A stretch of 64,000 bases of DNA, taken from Raillietiella orientalis. Its lineage: Eukaryota. This document shows, piece by piece, positions 12,401 through 26,489 of this stretch (the stretch's first letter is position 1; each line of letters opens with the position of its first letter). The translations under genes and the position numbers were made by a program. The notes under the pieces are model-generated. The model did not search any database and was not told where the DNA came from. It was given only the letters and a program-made list of their open reading frames with translations. The stretch covers positions 3,782,001 to 3,846,000 of the forward strand of contig JAYWIR010000016.1 in the NCBI GenBank assembly GCA_036172245.1, read 5' to 3'.

Positions 12401-14069
12401 GAGAGCAGGGGGAGGGAGGAATTCGCGCGGCCTAGGGGATCGCCTCCCATCCGAAGAGGGGGAGGGAAGGGCTGCACCACGCCCACCTTACAGTCTTCCT
12501 CGGAGCGCCCTTCGAGGTCGGAGGGGTGCAGAAAACCTTCCGGACTTCCGGATGACCTTGCGCCGCGGAGGCACCGCCTCTCCGCTGCGCGCGGTCCCCT
12601 ATCCAGGGGGCATTTCTCCCATCAGCTCGCATCCGAGGAGGAGGGGTGCGCACGCGCGCGTGCTCTGGAAGGGGGCAGCTCCTGGGACGCGTTCGGCGAT
12701 CCCCCACCTCCACTCCCGGGGATCCTCGTCCCACAAGCGCCCCGAAGGCAGGGACGCACCCTCCTCCAAGGCTCCGGCTGCAGCTCTTTCCCCGGCTGAT
12801 GAGCACAGCGAAGGGAGGACCTCCCCCCCGCGCGCCCGCTCTCACAAGATGGCTGCTGCCTTGCGAGCGATCCCACCCGAAACTGACCTCCCTTCCCTCC
12901 TGGAAACCCCCGGGAACGCCTCAAGGGGCCGCTCTGCGCGCCCCGTTTGCAGCAGCAGGCTGCCGCAATTTTTTCCTCCTCCTATCGGCGGGATGTTCCC
13001 ACCAATGGGAGGAGCGCGGGACCTCTGGGGCGGCCCTGAGGCGGCAAAGGAGCTTCCAGGATGACAGAATCGCCGTGGGATGGAGTCCGGGAGGCGTGCA
13101 CCCTCTCCCGAGCCTTCGCCCACGAGGAGCCGGCGGAAGCGGTCCGGCACGGCAGACTCCGCAGCTGTCGAAGGTGCGCCTGCGGTGGACCGGAGACTTT
13201 GGGGGAGGGGTCGTGCCCTTTTCCTGCAGCCCGAAGAGACCAGATGGTTTTCCGGGGACGAGGACTGCGGGCGAGAACGGGATGGCGTCTCTTCCAGTTC
13301 CTCCAGCCTCCGGTCGCCCCCACTTCCTTGCCGCGGCGTCCCGATCGATATCCCGCACGGGTGGTGGTGCCAGGAGAGCGCTCCCGCTGCCGCTGTTTCA
13401 CCCGCGAAGGGAGACCGCGCGCGGCTGGCGCGGAAGGGAGGCGCTCCTGTTCTCTCCCCGCCTGGGAGACGACCAGGAACCCACGACGCTGCTTGGAAAC
13501 CCGCAGGTGGTTCGCATCTCCCGGCCGCCCCAGCAGGCGTTGTCGGCGCCATGGTCGGAGGTTCTGCATCCCAGCACCCTGTCTTTGGGCAGTCACCTGG
13601 CTACGGCCCCTAGGAGCAGTGTGGGAGGGAAGCCGGGTGCGCGGTGCCCCCATACAGCAGACCCCCTGGGGAGCAAGAATTTCCTCTCTGCGGGGGTTTG
13701 GGACCGTAGTCGTGACCTCTAGCACCTCCCGACGCCTGGAAATGATGGATTCGAGGCGAAAGGGGAGGCCATGCATCGGGGTCAGCCGTCTATCGGTCAT
13801 CCACGGGCTCTTTTCCTCTCCCTTTTTCGCCTTCCGGTCCTGAGATCCGGGACCACCACTCAGGAACGCCGCTGGCGGCGCGACGTCCGTCCGCCCGCTC
13901 TGATTTATGGAGATGTGCCGAAGCCCCTCAGGGCCCCGATCCTCATCCAGTGCTTTCGGGAGCGTCCGGAGCAGACGGTCGGCTGGCACCAGGCTACGGA
14001 TGACCGGCATGCGGGTTCTTCGGGAAGCACCTGCCGACTGGGATTACAGCCGGGAAGGGAAGGAGGAAG

Positions 14070-15100
14070 CATTCATTTCCCTCTCATCCCTAAACCTCTA
14101 CCCACTGGAGGTCTCCTCCCTCTTGCGCGCCGCCTACGGCCGCTTCCTCGACCGGCTGCCTGCAGAACAGGCAGCGGTGCCCAGGACACGCCCAGCTAGA
14201 CCCATCCTGGACTCTCCCCATAGACGCGAACATGGAGAGCGCCCCGGACTCAATGGATGCGGGGATTCCCTTGGGGGCAGTCCGCGACGAGAGCCGGTGG
14301 GGCGTCCGAGGGACCATTTCTGGGCACCTCGGGACGCGACGTTCCCGCATCCTCGCGTCGCCACGAGACGAGAAGGAGAGACGTGCTGGGAGGCGCCATC
14401 CTTTCCACGGGTCGATGCGAATCCGAGGGCACCCACTGGGATCGGAGCTCCGGAGCGGAAGGGTCGGTAATCCAGCGACCTCGCCATGCTGAGAAGCGCA
14501 GGGGGGCGGAGCCGTATGGTGCGGGCAGTGGCAGAAGCCGGTGGGTGGCGTGCGGTCAGTCCGACTGCGGCGGAACCCTAGGGACGGGCCCGCCGCACTT
14601 CTTTCTCTCCCGTTCCGGGCCGCTGGGTCACAGCGGAGTCGCAAGTGGCTCCCCGAAGTGGCGGGCGCCTTTGTGCTTTCTCTCTGGCGAGAGCCGGGGC
14701 TCTCTGGCGGCGGCTGGTTGACCCGGCGGGGCGGCGGAGGTTCGCTGGAACGGCTGACCCGCTGGCGGTCGAGAAGGAATTGCAGAGCCCCCGACCCTCC
14801 ATCCTCGGTAAGTGCGAGCTCCAGTGCGTTTCGCTTGATCCGCGGGGCGCTCTCTCCCCGTGCATGCGCGGCGGCGGCGCTCCGAGGGAGATCCCAGCGC
14901 AAAATGGCGACGTGCTCGTGGCGAATGGGAAGGGTGGATACAGGATGACCCTTCCTGACCTAAAAAACGCCGCCAGAAGGCATTCCTCTCCGTCCAGGCC
15001 CCGCTCCAGGCGCTCCCGTTTCATCTTGAAGGAGTCCCCGGGTTCACGGACGACTCTGCGCAGCGCCATCGGTGGTCCCCTCAGGGTCAGGGACAAGGCG
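14070..15100 (-). pseudogene. Degenerate NACHT domain, partner of the 34.3-35.3 kb copy
   Basis: LTLRGPP and ALQFLLD align positionally with ILKGTA and ALRLFLFE of the 34.3 kb copy. It shares the 450-bp near-identical tract. Confidence 0.4.
14100..14549 (+). repeat. 450-bp repeat, inverted copy of 34831-35280
   Basis: Manual alignment to the reverse complement of 34831-35280 is ungapped with about 10 mismatches. Confidence 0.97.
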
Positions 15101-18100
15101 AATAGCGCACCGGCTGCGCCGCCAGTCCCCTAGCACCATGACCCTCCCCAGTCACCTCCGAACTGGTCCGCTATCGGAACCGCGTTTACACCCCCAGGAA
15201 GCCATTCACTCGCACCCTCTTTTCCCCTTCAGCCAACCTCGCGCTGCAGACCGATAAGCGACCCCCTTTCCCCAGGGTGGTCCAGCTTTTCACTCCTGTA
15301 CTGACATAGCGCCAACTCCTTCAGGGGATGACCGCCGTTCCACACTGCAGGGAATCCCAGGCGGAGGGGCGTTTCATTCCCTCTCCTTCTCGCCCTTCTC
15401 CCCCCCTCTCCTTCCCCCAGCGGCATGGGAACCCACCGACGTTCGCTCTTTCCGGTGAACGAAGAAAGTGGGATGGCGGCATGACCAGCGATCTCCTTGG
15501 CCTGGCGAGCACGCCGGAGACTCTCCGTCGCGCGAGACCATTCCTCGGGTCGCGGCTGGCCGCGCGCGTGCTGCTCGCCTCCGGTCTCCTTGCTGGTGCC
15601 AGGAGGCGCCCCCACCCGGCTGCTGGTACGCTCCTCCTTCGAACCCTCGAGTGGCTCGCGGCACCTTCTCTGGGGGCCTCCGGCGGTCCGGGCAAGGAAC
15701 TCGCCGGGAGGCGTGGTTGTCTCCATGGCGGCGGGGGAGTCGGCTGCTGATTGACTGCAATTACGAGCGCAGGAGAAGACAATTCCTTATAGATGTGGTG
15801 GCGGGGGAGAAGGGAGAGCGCATGCACGAAACGGAAGGGACCGGGGGAGGGGAGAGATGGGATGAGGCTCGGGGGGGGGGGGGAGGCGAAGCGAAATGAA
15901 CGAATCCCTGGGTAGTTGGCATTCCCTCCCTTTGCAGTCACCCCTGCTCCCTCCTCATCCGGCTTGCTTCCTTCCTGCGACCGATGCGACTTCCCTCCGG
16001 CGCGCGCGCGCTGCTCCTCCGTGTGTTCCCGACGCGGGGGGATCGGGAGTGAAGCCACGACGATGGGACGGGTGGGAGTGCTCGAAAGGGCGGTCCCCCC
16101 CGTCTCTCCCAGCCGCCTGTCCGCGGAGTCGTCCCACTCCGTAGCGAGGCGCTCCGGGAAGTGCGGATGACCGAGGAAGGAGGGGGAAGTGAGGAGGAGG
16201 AGAGGGGGGTGAGAGAGAGAGAGAGAGGAAGAGAGGCTCATCAGGAAGAATTATGCACCATCAGCCCGGGAGAGATGCCTTTCTCCTGCCTGGCAACCGC
16301 GGAGGCTGCGCTTTGTTCTCACTTACCTTTTTTGTCCGGAAAGAGACGGAAAGGCGGGCGTCCTCGGGTGGGCGGGAGAGGACGGACGGTTGCCCGGTTA
16401 CGGCCGCCCTCATCGGCGAGGATCGCGGCAGCCCTGGGGAGCTCCTCTCAATCCCGGGGAGAGAGCCCCTTCCCCGTAGTCCATCCAACGGTCGCCCACC
16501 CCCTCTACCCGAAGAGCCCTCCGCGCTCCGGGAGCCGCGGGAGGCACCGGTCCCCTGGGAGACTTGACCTCGGACCTACCGGACTCTGGCGAACGGGCTG
16601 CCTGCTCCTATCCTCTCTCGCCCTGGGCCAAAAAAAAAAGAAAAATACCCGACCATCTCCCACAGGGAGAGCGGGTTTCCCGGGAGACGCCTGCGTTCCT
16701 CTCTCTGCGGACGGAACAGCTGGGGAATTCGCCGGAGCGACTTCCAATCTGCGTTCGAAAGGACCGGAGGAAGGCGCACCCCCTGAGTTCCGGAACCGGT
16801 TGCCAGAGTCCGTGGCGAGATGCCGGATGGAGAGTGGGGAGGCGGACTCTACGGGTCCGCCTCCCCACTCTCCAGACGGGGGACGGGGGGCCACCTCATC
16901 CCTGCCCCGGGAAAGACGCAGCGCAGCATCCCACCCGGCATCCCTCGAACCCGAGGTGGGTCGCTTCGAAAGGGGAAGCAACGGGATCGCTCGCTGACCC
17001 CAGTGGAGGAAGACTTCTGCCTAGGGGCATGGCCGACCTGTGCGTCCTGCTTCGAGACTGGGCGCAGCGAGGGTGTCGCCGCGTCTTGGATGCAGGAGAT
17101 GCAAGTTCCAGCCTCCGAACCTCCCAAGGAGGGAAGTGCTCCCCCCTTCCCTGGCAAAGGGCAGCAGCAGCTTGCCGGTGGTCAGCAAGGAAGTGCCAAG
17201 CACCGCGGTGGGGTGCACTCGCAGCCAGTTCACGTACGAGTACCTTCCGACGCCACGGGGGTAGAGAATGGGGGGGTTTGACACTGGGGTAACAGCAGCT
17301 GTGCTCGGGTTCCCCTTCCTCATAACCTGGACACCCCGGGTGACCGTTGCCAGGAGGCGAGGACGGGCTTCTGCCGGCAACCTGCCACTCGCGTCAGAAC
17401 GACTTGCTGCTGTCACGCTGCACCCTCCCCGGGTCAGCGGCGGGTAGTCATCTGTCCGCAGGTGCCGCCGCCGCGCGCAGCTCCCGCAGTCTTTCCGCGT
17501 CGCCCGCAGGGCTTTCTTGAAGTCATGAACTTCCCCGCTCATGCAAAAGGCGGCCGTCTTCGCGCCGTCGGAGCCCAACAACGAAAACGACTTGGTGGCG
17601 CGTGGTGGGTGACCCACCCCACGGGGCGCCTGCATAGCACGCTGGCTTCTGGCAGAGCTGCAAGCATAGAAAGAAGGGCACAGCAAGTACAGCGCAAGAG
17701 GCTCCGTATAACGCGGGAGGCGAGTTCCGCGTTATACGAGCCCTGTCGGACACACGTGCACGATGAGGCAGTGTTCACAAAAGACCGAAAACATAGTAAC
17801 AGGAGGATGTTTATCATTTTAATTCAATGTACAAAAGGCGTATTTATTATTATTTAAACTGATGTAAAAAAAGGTTTGTAGAGTTTCGCTGCTACTTAAA
17901 CAGTTCCGTGGTTTCATCGCCATTGTCCTCGTTGGCGAGAGACGCATCCCATCTTCCAGGCCGTTTCATTCGTGAAAATTTGAACAGAGCAGCATTCAGC
18001 CACGTGCTGGTGACGCCAATCACGTGCTTGTGTTCACTTAGGACACAGGTGAATAACTGGAGGCACTGCTGCTGCACAAAATTCGAACTCGCCTCCACTG

Positions 18101-20849
18101 TACGAGGACAGACCGAAAGTCTCCACTGCGCCATACGACGGGGAAGGAAGGGGGAGGGCAGGTCCGCCGCATATTGAAATTCGCGTTCTGAATTAGAGGA
18201 CCTTTTTCCTTCCGGGACTCCTACGCAACACCGAAAAAAGACGGTCACATCCCTTAACAGGGAGAGAGCATATCCGTGTGTTCCGGCACACATCCGGAAG
18301 TTCAGCATTGCCCGGCCGCGAGGATTTCTCTCCCCGGGAGCGAACGGAGCAGCCGCACGTCCCCCTTTCCCCGCCTCAGCAGCCGACAGGCGGGAGTTGT
18401 CTGCAAATCTGCAGGAGTAGGGAAACTCCTGGATGGCTGCGAGACGAGCGAGTTGGTGGATGCCGCCGCCCCTCGTTCCCGGACGAAGGGTCTCCTCCGG
18501 TGGGAAGACCTGCTAGGTTGTGCGGAGCGAAGAGTTCGCGGTCCCTTCCCTGTGCGCGCGGACACCTCCGCATTCCCATTGCGGTGGAAACCGCGGGATC
18601 CCTGCTGTTTCTGCACTGGAGTGGATTCCGGTGCAAACACCTTCCGGGGGAGTTGCCTACTTGAACTGCTCCAGGTGCAGGACGATGCCGCTGGACCGCA
18701 GTGCCTTGGAGGGCATGTGGCGAGGACTCGCTGCTGCGATGCTTGCTCCTCTTCCCTCCTCCTCTCTCCTTCCTTCCTCCGTTCTTCAACCTCTTCCTTA
18801 GTCCCTCCTTCCTCCTTCTCTTCCCTCCTCGGACTCAAGACGGACGCGGCAATCGCCACCGTCTGTTGCATCCGCTCCATGGTCCGCCGTGTGCCGGAGT
18901 CTCGTTCACAGCGAAGGGCCAATAGCATGGTGACCCCCTTCATGAGAACGGCTGCAAGGTGGTCTCGTCTGCCCGAAGAGGTCATCAGCGAGATCGCAAC
19001 CATCCACAGCCGCTTCTAGGAAGACGGAACGAAGAAAACCAAAGACCCATCTTTCCGTCTTTTTTTATCTATTTACTTCCCCCTTTCTCCGTTCCCTACT
19101 TTCATAGAAGCCGGCCTGCGTGCCGGCGGTCATCCCCAATGAACTTCTGCTTTTTTTCCCTTCTTTTGGCATCTCTTGGATTCAGGGAACGTCGCCCCCT
19201 CTGATTTGGGATTTATTTCTTTTTTTAAATAAGCGTCCTGGCGTTACTGGGACGCCTTGACGGTGGCCCGTCCATAGCAAGGCAGAAAGAAAGTGGTGAT
19301 TGGACAGGACTCCCCGGCACAGTCCGTAACCACCGCGGTTTTCTCTCGTTCCTTCGCCCTCACCGTTTCAGCTCCCCGCCTCGCGGATGCGACTGGCGGC
19401 TTGGCGGGAGACTCCCCTTCTGTCCGCCTCCCGTCGAAGTCCTGTTCGCGGTGCCTCCGCTCGACCCGAGAGAGGTAGGCGAGCTCGTGGAGCCACGGAC
19501 CGGTCGACCGGTCCGTGGCAGCAGTCGTGGCAACTCTCGAGGAGAGGAAGCGAGCGGGCGTTCGCCGCGCGCACGCCGGACGCCCTCCGTAGCTGGCGCG
19601 CGGCCCTTCGCGATGCCGCGAGGGCCGGCCGCCTTCACGTGTTGGGTGGAACGCGGGACGAGGGCGCGCACGTGCAGCCTCCCGTCAGGGCGTCCTGGCT
19701 CGCCGCCAGCCACCGGAGTTATGGGCGGGCAAGCGTGCTCTCCCGCTGCACGCTGCGATCCGATTCCTCTGCACGCGCCCTCTGATGTCCTTCGAACATC
19801 CGGAATATCGATTTTTTCGGAGATGTTTACGTGGATGCCCCTACAAGCTGCCTTCCCCCCTCCCTCCCTTTTGTTTTTAGAGGAGATCGTTTCCTTGGCT
19901 TCCGAGCTCGAGGGGTCGCCACTGCAGCCCGATTTCCGGAGCTCGAAGTGGGCACCGCGGCGACGGCGAAGGGTGGGCTCAGCACTCGCTTGGATGACCC
20001 CGAGTTCGTGCCGAGTCATAATCATGCTTTGACGAGAATCATGAAAGCCAGAGGCAGCGGCGGTGGCGATGACGGTCGGGAGCTCCACGGGAAGTTTCGC
20101 CCCGAGGAGCCCCAGCTCTCAGGAGCCCAGGCGAAAGCAGGCGGCGCCCCAGGAAGTCTCCTGGCGAAGCACCTCGACCTTGCGTGCGCTAGCGGCGCGT
20201 GGGGCTTCGCCTCCGGCTGCACGAGGCGTCCTTGCGGCCCAATAGGCTGGGAACCCGCGCCGGGTTCCGGGATGGTGCGCAGCCGCGCTGAGCAGCCACC
20301 GGCCGCCGCGGAGGAACGGTCTGTCTCTCGGCGCTCGTCAGAGATCGATCTCCATTGTCCAGTCCGACCCAGCGGGTCGTAAATAACTCCAGCCCGGTCT
20401 CTGATTCCTTGTTTCGGAGATAATGGCGGTCGCCATCGCGGCTGTTGTTGAACGGGCGGGCTGCTGGGCACCGCCGCTCGCGTCTGCCGAGAAGGGCAGC
20501 TCCGAGCGGCCGGACGAAGTGCCGATGCCGCCCGGTCCGGGCGCGCCCTTTCGCGCTTTGCCTCGGGGCTAATGAGGAACCTCCCTCGATCGAGGTGGGA
20601 ACCCACACCCCTCTTGTCTCTCTCTCTCTCCCTCCCTGGACTGAATTCGAGGCGGACCGGAGAACGGGGCCGACTGTATGGATACGACGTCGGGTCGTGA
20701 ACGCGGGTCATCCGACCTTCGCCGGGAAAGCGAGCCAGGGGCGCTCGACGTGGCTTGCTGCACGGTGTGGCCGATGCAACACTCCTCGCCCGCGGACTGC
20801 GAGGGATCCGGTTCTTTTTCCTAGGCACCGGCCCATCCTTCCGCCTGCG

Positions 20850-21930
20850 TGCTACAGCGGCGGAACAGGGGGTGGGGACAGGAAAAGGAGGAAAAGGGAG
20901 GGGGAGGAAGTGGTAGCACGCGAGCGCTGATTTTCGAGGGTTCACACTTCCGGCGATCACGCCAGGGCGGGGAGTTCCCCGTGACGTGGAAGGGAGCAGA
21001 TCGGCGGCAGGCACGAGGGACTCTCCACAGCAACGCGACCGAAAGAACGTAGGAGAGGAGGGGGGTAGGAGAGTCTAAGGAGTTCCTGGGGAGGAGAGAG
21101 GAATCGATTTTCAGGAACTGGGACGCGTCGGTGCTTGGAGCTCTGGGAGATGCTCCCTTTATCCTCTCCGCGAGCAGGAGGCGAGCGGAAATTCCTCCGA
21201 AAACACTCCGCCTGCTCTTCAGCTGGCTTCCTGGCAAAGGGGTCGCGACCCCTACCCGACAAATTCCGTGAGAGTGTCCCTCCTTGTAATGGCCAGCGTT
21301 TGCCCCCTCCTGCCAAGTGACTCCCCGCTTTCGCTTGGGGTAACCTCGCGATGGGGGACGGATAGGGGAAGAAGAGGGAGGGGGAACAAATCGTTCGCTT
21401 CACTACAGTGGGAGGTCGAATTTAGCAGGAGGGAAGCAGAAGGGGGATAGGGGAAGAAGGGGGGGGGAACCCTGCTTCCCGCCCCCTCTCCACCGATCTC
21501 CCCGCGTGGATGCTGTTGATCCTTTCGGGAGGGTCCAGCCCGCGGGAAAACGATACGCGGTTGTCACGAGCAATGCATTCTCACGGGGCGAGAGGAGCTG
21601 CCTGCTGCTGGTCTGACAGGGACCTTCCCTCCTCCAGAGCCTCTGCCTGCAGGAAACCTCCCTCTCCCCTTCCACGAAAAGCCGGGACGTGGTCTTTCGA
21701 CGACGGAGAGCCCTTCTGCGCCCCCCGCGGTCGGCAACTGGTGTACCGGGCAGTGGCCGTCCGGAGTTCCCCCTGACGCTCCTTGCGGTGCTGCTGCCGC
21801 CACCAGCGGCGCCACATGGTTTGGCGCCTCGCATATGGGAGAGCGTGAGCAGTCTGCAGAGCGAGCCTCTGTGCCCTCTCCTTCTGCTCTTCGGAAGGGT
21901 GGTCAGCCGGGGCACCCCGGTCAAGTCTTC
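20850..21930 (-). pseudogene. Degenerate NACHT domain
   Basis: In one open frame with NACHT-like spacing: DLTGVPRLTTL (Walker A remnant), SRLFVEGERE (Walker B remnant) about 70 aa later, and NALLVTT (sensor-1) about 33 aa after that. Downstream SPTPLLSYVLSVALLW resembles the HD1 PL motif. Confidence 0.45.
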
Positions 21931-23279
21931 GGCTAGCGCGGTGGCCTCAGGCAGCGTTATCGTAGGCAGACGCTGAGCGTCCCGCCGCCTGTCTTTGTGC
22001 ACGCAGAGGCTGAACCCATGGACCGCGCCTTCCTCAGCAGCTCCTTGTCGGCGTGATCGCCCCCCCCCCTTTCCTTCCTTCCGCGGAATGTGCGGCGGCT
22101 GCAAGCTGGACCAGCCCATCGTGGATGCCTCGATCGGGAGAGCACTGATTCCCCGGTCGCCCCTATAAAGGAACGAAAGTGCCTTTCCCGTTTTCTTTCC
22201 GAGCTACTGCCACCTCCCACCCTCGCGGAGACCTTCCGGTTCCCCTAAAGAAGTGGAGACTCCGCCCTCGTCCCCTGCTCGGTGTCGGAGGAGGACCTCG
22301 TCGCGCAGGGCGCGATTCTTTCCTTCCTTCCCGGCTCCTCTCTTTCCCAGGGAGTCTCCGGAGCAATCCCTCACCTGAGAGGTGGTTGGGGGCATCTCCA
22401 AGGTAGCGCTCCATTCTTTTCCGGACGCTGGGCTTGACATCCTCTTCCGGTCCCTCGCCCCTGCTCCCGTGGAGGCCTCCGTGGTCCGGTGCGCGCGCGC
22501 AGCTGTCGTCTCGGAGACCTCCGGTCCTGCCCATCGCAGGGATGGGGAGCTGCTACCCTGGGAGCCCCTTTCCTCCCTCCTTGGGAGCGGGACGCATCCG
22601 GTGGCTGATTCGGGAGACACACAGCCATCATCTCAACCTCAGCCAACACGTCCTGAGGCTTCCCAGTCCTCGCCACGAGTTCCCAACTCCCAGCCGCGCG
22701 CGGGGCGGAGGAGCCGCCGTCTCAGCACGGGGGGGGAGGAGGTGAGCGGGCTCGTCGCCAGGAGGCGAAATGCCCCCGAAGCGTCCGTGCGAAACAGAAG
22801 AGGGGAATTTCTCCCTCCCCCCTCCTTCGCTTCTTTCCTCATGGCCGGTGGTCATCGCACGCGACAAAAAAATCATTTGTCAGGCGCAAGACACGCATTA
22901 GCTGCTCCCACCCACCCAAGGTCTCCCGCGCGCTAGATGGGGAGGTGCAAGAAGGAATTCCTCGGAGGCCGAGGCGAAATGAGGCTAAGCGCGCGCCGGC
23001 ACCCCCCGTCCCCCCTCCTCCTCCCTTCCTGGAATCTCCCCGGACATTTATGGAGAAGATCAGGAAAAAATCTGCAGCATCTCTCGAACAGATTTCCGTA
23101 ATCCTTTTTTAATAGCCGATCTTAGGAGAGGAGTCGCAGGAGTTTCCCCCGCGGAGAGATCGTTTTGAGGGATTACAAAGCTGCTGCTGTCTCATAAATC
23201 ATCACTCGGTCGACCTCGGTGGGGGCGCAGCGCTCTGCCGCGTCCGCCGAGAACGGGAGAGCCCGGAACTGTGCTCCGC

Positions 23280-25100
23280 GCTTCTGCATGGTCCTCGTGA
23301 CCCGCTGAGACGCCCGGAAGCACCCACTACCCACTAAGAAAGCTTGCCCCTGGGCATCCTCCCGAGGAGGCCTGCCCTTGGTTTCCACGACACCCTCCTC
23401 CAGGCTGACCCGCTCTGGGGACGATGACGACGCGGTGGCTCCGGGAGCGACCGGCCTTCGGCGCGCATTCTGGTGTCTCCCCCTCCCCTCCGCCTTTCCC
23501 AGGAAGCGTGCCTTGGGAAGGAGAACAATCATCTCGGTGTCATTTCGTTTGTCTATCAGCCCACACGTTCTTCCCGGTCCACGTGGTAGTCCCATAACTA
23601 GAAGCGGCAAAAGGTAGGAGGAAGTGGAAGGGATGAAGAGGAGGAGGAAGGAAAGAGGGATAATAAATGAGGAGGAAAAGAAGAAGAGGAATGGAAAAGG
23701 AAAGGAGAAGAGGAAGGGAGGAAAAGGAAGAGGGAGAAGGAAGGAAGGAAGAAGAGGAAGGGAGATGGAGGAGACTTTTCTTCGAGTGCTTACAGACCAC
23801 CTCTGGCACTTGAACAGCTGTTTGCTTTCCTGAGCTCGAGAATCCCAAGCGAGCATCAACAGCTGCTCCCTGCACCCGCTGTGATCGCCCTGCACTATGC
23901 TGTGGGGTGGGGAGAGTCTGTCGCCGGACGATTTCTTCGAGCAGGGACTGGGCCTGCCCGCTGAGCTTCCCCGTTCCTTGGACGCGAGTGCGTGCAGGGA
24001 GACTCAGCCAGCCAGGTACTTGGCCTCACCCCGAAGTGGCCTGAGGGGCTGCACACTCAACGGAAGGTCGTCACTTCCAAAGCTCTCGAACGGGGCGGCG
24101 AGAGGCAGCCGGCGCGACCCCTGGCAGTGTTCGCGTGCCGCGTTTATCCGGCGCTGATGCATCTTTGAGGAAAACCCCGACGGCATCCCCGGACGCGTGC
24201 ACCGTGAGGAGCTCTCTCCTCCCCCTCGGTCCCTTCGCTGGAGAGCGCTCCCAGAGTCGGCTCGCCTGCTCGACACCGAACTGCAAATTTTGAGAAGTCC
24301 GGATGCGCAGCCTCGCTTCCAAAAGCGGGCTCACCCGGGATGTGCGGGAAACGACTCGGGCGCCGCGTGCGGGCGCGTCCTCAAAGATCGAGCGAACCTC
24401 CCTTTCTCTTCCGAGGCCGCCCCGGCTTCCCATGTGCTCTGCTGGACCAGATCAGCGTCGCAGGTCAACCCACTGACGAATGCTCTGGTGAACCGGCCTC
24501 CACCACCTGTCTCCGCACCATCCACAAGAACTCCTCGCGGCCTCTCCCCAGGCGCCCGCGCCCTCCATGCTGCCTTCGAGAATACCCCAAGCGTCACCTC
24601 AACACCTGCACAGCGGGTGTCCACGGGACCTCACCGACCCTGCCTTTGAAACCCGCGGCGATGATCTAATGGGCGCCACTTTCGAGGAAGCACTGCTCAG
24701 GGGAAGGAGGGTGCAGTCCGATGGCATTTCAGGGGGGCGGCTTCCCGGCGTAGTCCAGCCGGTTCACTGGGAGGGCTCATTCGAAGCCCGAGCGGGATTC
24801 GCTCTGCAAGCGCAGCCCAAGGCGGGGCAGGAAGGAGGTGCGGCGGGAGACGGCGCTTCGTCGGAGGTGGTTTCACGGGATCTCAAACCCCACCTAGAGG
24901 CCTCGCCAGGCGCACGTTTCAGAACACCCTGGCTGCAGGGGTTCGGGGGAGAAGGGAGATCCCAAACCTTCCTGAAAACGGCGTCCAAACCGGATGACTC
25001 GTTCCAGGAACTTCCAGAGAAGCGTCGGCAGTGGAACGCACGCCGACGAGTTCTCTGGACAGCACTGGAGATGGGTGGTAGTGGGGGAGGAGGAGACTCC
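23280..25100 (+). pseudogene. Degenerate NACHT/NLR-like gene interrupted by a purine-rich tract
   Basis: MVLVTR (~23288), LEQLFAFL..LLPAPAVIALHY (~23810-23900), AACGRVLKDRANLPF (24362-24406; compare KDRPKLPW), DLTDPAFETRGDDLMGATFEEALL (24627-24698) and FRTPWLQGF (24918-24944; compare FxHxSLQEF). Confidence 0.45.
23612..23773. repeat. Polypurine (GA-rich) low-complexity tract
   Basis: Almost entirely A/G (gaggaggaag/aaggaagg units). Confidence 0.9.
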
Positions 25101-26489
25101 ACCTCATCGCCATTTTCCCAATCCAACCGTTCCCTCTGCCCCATCCTCCGAGAGAGGCTGCGTGGTACTCGGTGGCTGCTTCATCGAGACGGGTGACTCA
25201 AGCGGTGGTGGACGAATAGGGAGAGAGGCGATCCCTCCTACCCTATTTGCTCTTCTTCCGCTGTCCCTGAATCCCTCGCCTTTTTCCCTGGGACTCCGAA
25301 TGAGGTCAGGTGAGTCCATTCCGAGCGCGTGGGATGGCTGCGGACCAAAAGCCGGTGGCGCAGCGATCGAGGACGTGCCTGAGGGGCTCTTCCCGCGCCA
25401 GCAACTTCCCGGAGGCAGCGGGTCGGCTCTACCACTCGCCCACGCAGCGACTCCAAGGGTCCTCCTTAGGGGACGCTCCCTCTCTCCGTAGAACTCCTTC
25501 CGGACGTTCGAAGATTCCCCCTCGGGCTTCCGAACGGCTTTGCAACTTTTTCTTACGCATGGGGGCGCGTCGGTGGCACCACCGGGCCAGCCGTCCAGGC
25601 AGGCAGAAGCGTGACGCCTTTTTCCGACACGCAGTGCGAGCCGACCGTGGTGCCCTCCGGGGTGTGCGCGAGCCCTCCGCTTCATCCCCAGGGACGGTCG
25701 AAGGGCCTCTCCGCGAGGCAGCGCGTCGTCGTCGCCGGGCGAGGCGCAGAAGAGTGCAGTGCTCAGGGAACGACGCCATCTGCACGACGACCTCCTCCTC
25801 CTCCTGGCATGGATGGATCCACGTGGATCATCTTAACGGGTTCTCTTCCTGTCGGTCGAAGGTCGCGGGATGGCGGTGCGAGGTGCAACTTTCGGGACGG
25901 GCCCGATCCTCCTGCAGCAGGACGCTCGGCGCCTCCCTCAGGCGTCTCCGCAGGATGGGCGGCAGCAGCGCGTCGGCGTCCGGGAAGATGTGGTTACGGG
26001 GGTATCCGACCAATCGGGTAACTGACACTTGACCGATCCGAGGGCGTGCTTCTACCTCGGAGGAGGAATCGAAAGAGAAGCTTGGCAGCATCCCTCCCAG
26101 GGCAGACGGAGGAAAGGTTGCTCCCACCTCCGTTGCTCCCTCCTTCATCCCTCCGCTTGCCACCCCTCCCTGACCTTGCCATCCGTGCCCTCCCCCCGGA
26201 ATTCTTGGAACCCCGGCAGGGACTCGCGACCTACTCTGATTTTTTCTTTGCCAATTTTCATCTCTTTTTGTGGATTTGTTGCTCAGGTCTGCCAATGAAC
26301 TGCCCCAGACCGTGACCGACGTGGTGGACGACGCTCTCTCGCCAGCAGCACGCTGAGCTGCGACGGATGGACGATACCATCATTTCCGATCTCCACTAAC
26401 CAGGAATTTCGGGACGCACGGTGTTGCCTGATGTGGGACAGTGTGGGGCGTCCAGGGTGTGAAGCAGTGCTCCTCCGTTCAGGGTGCTT

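Noticed and set aside
16990..20400. Further possible coding relics (e.g. AFCMSGEVHDFKKAL, LFLEEIVSLASEL, RVIIML)
   Set aside because: Protein-like, but motif order, spacing and strand could not be established, so left uncalled.
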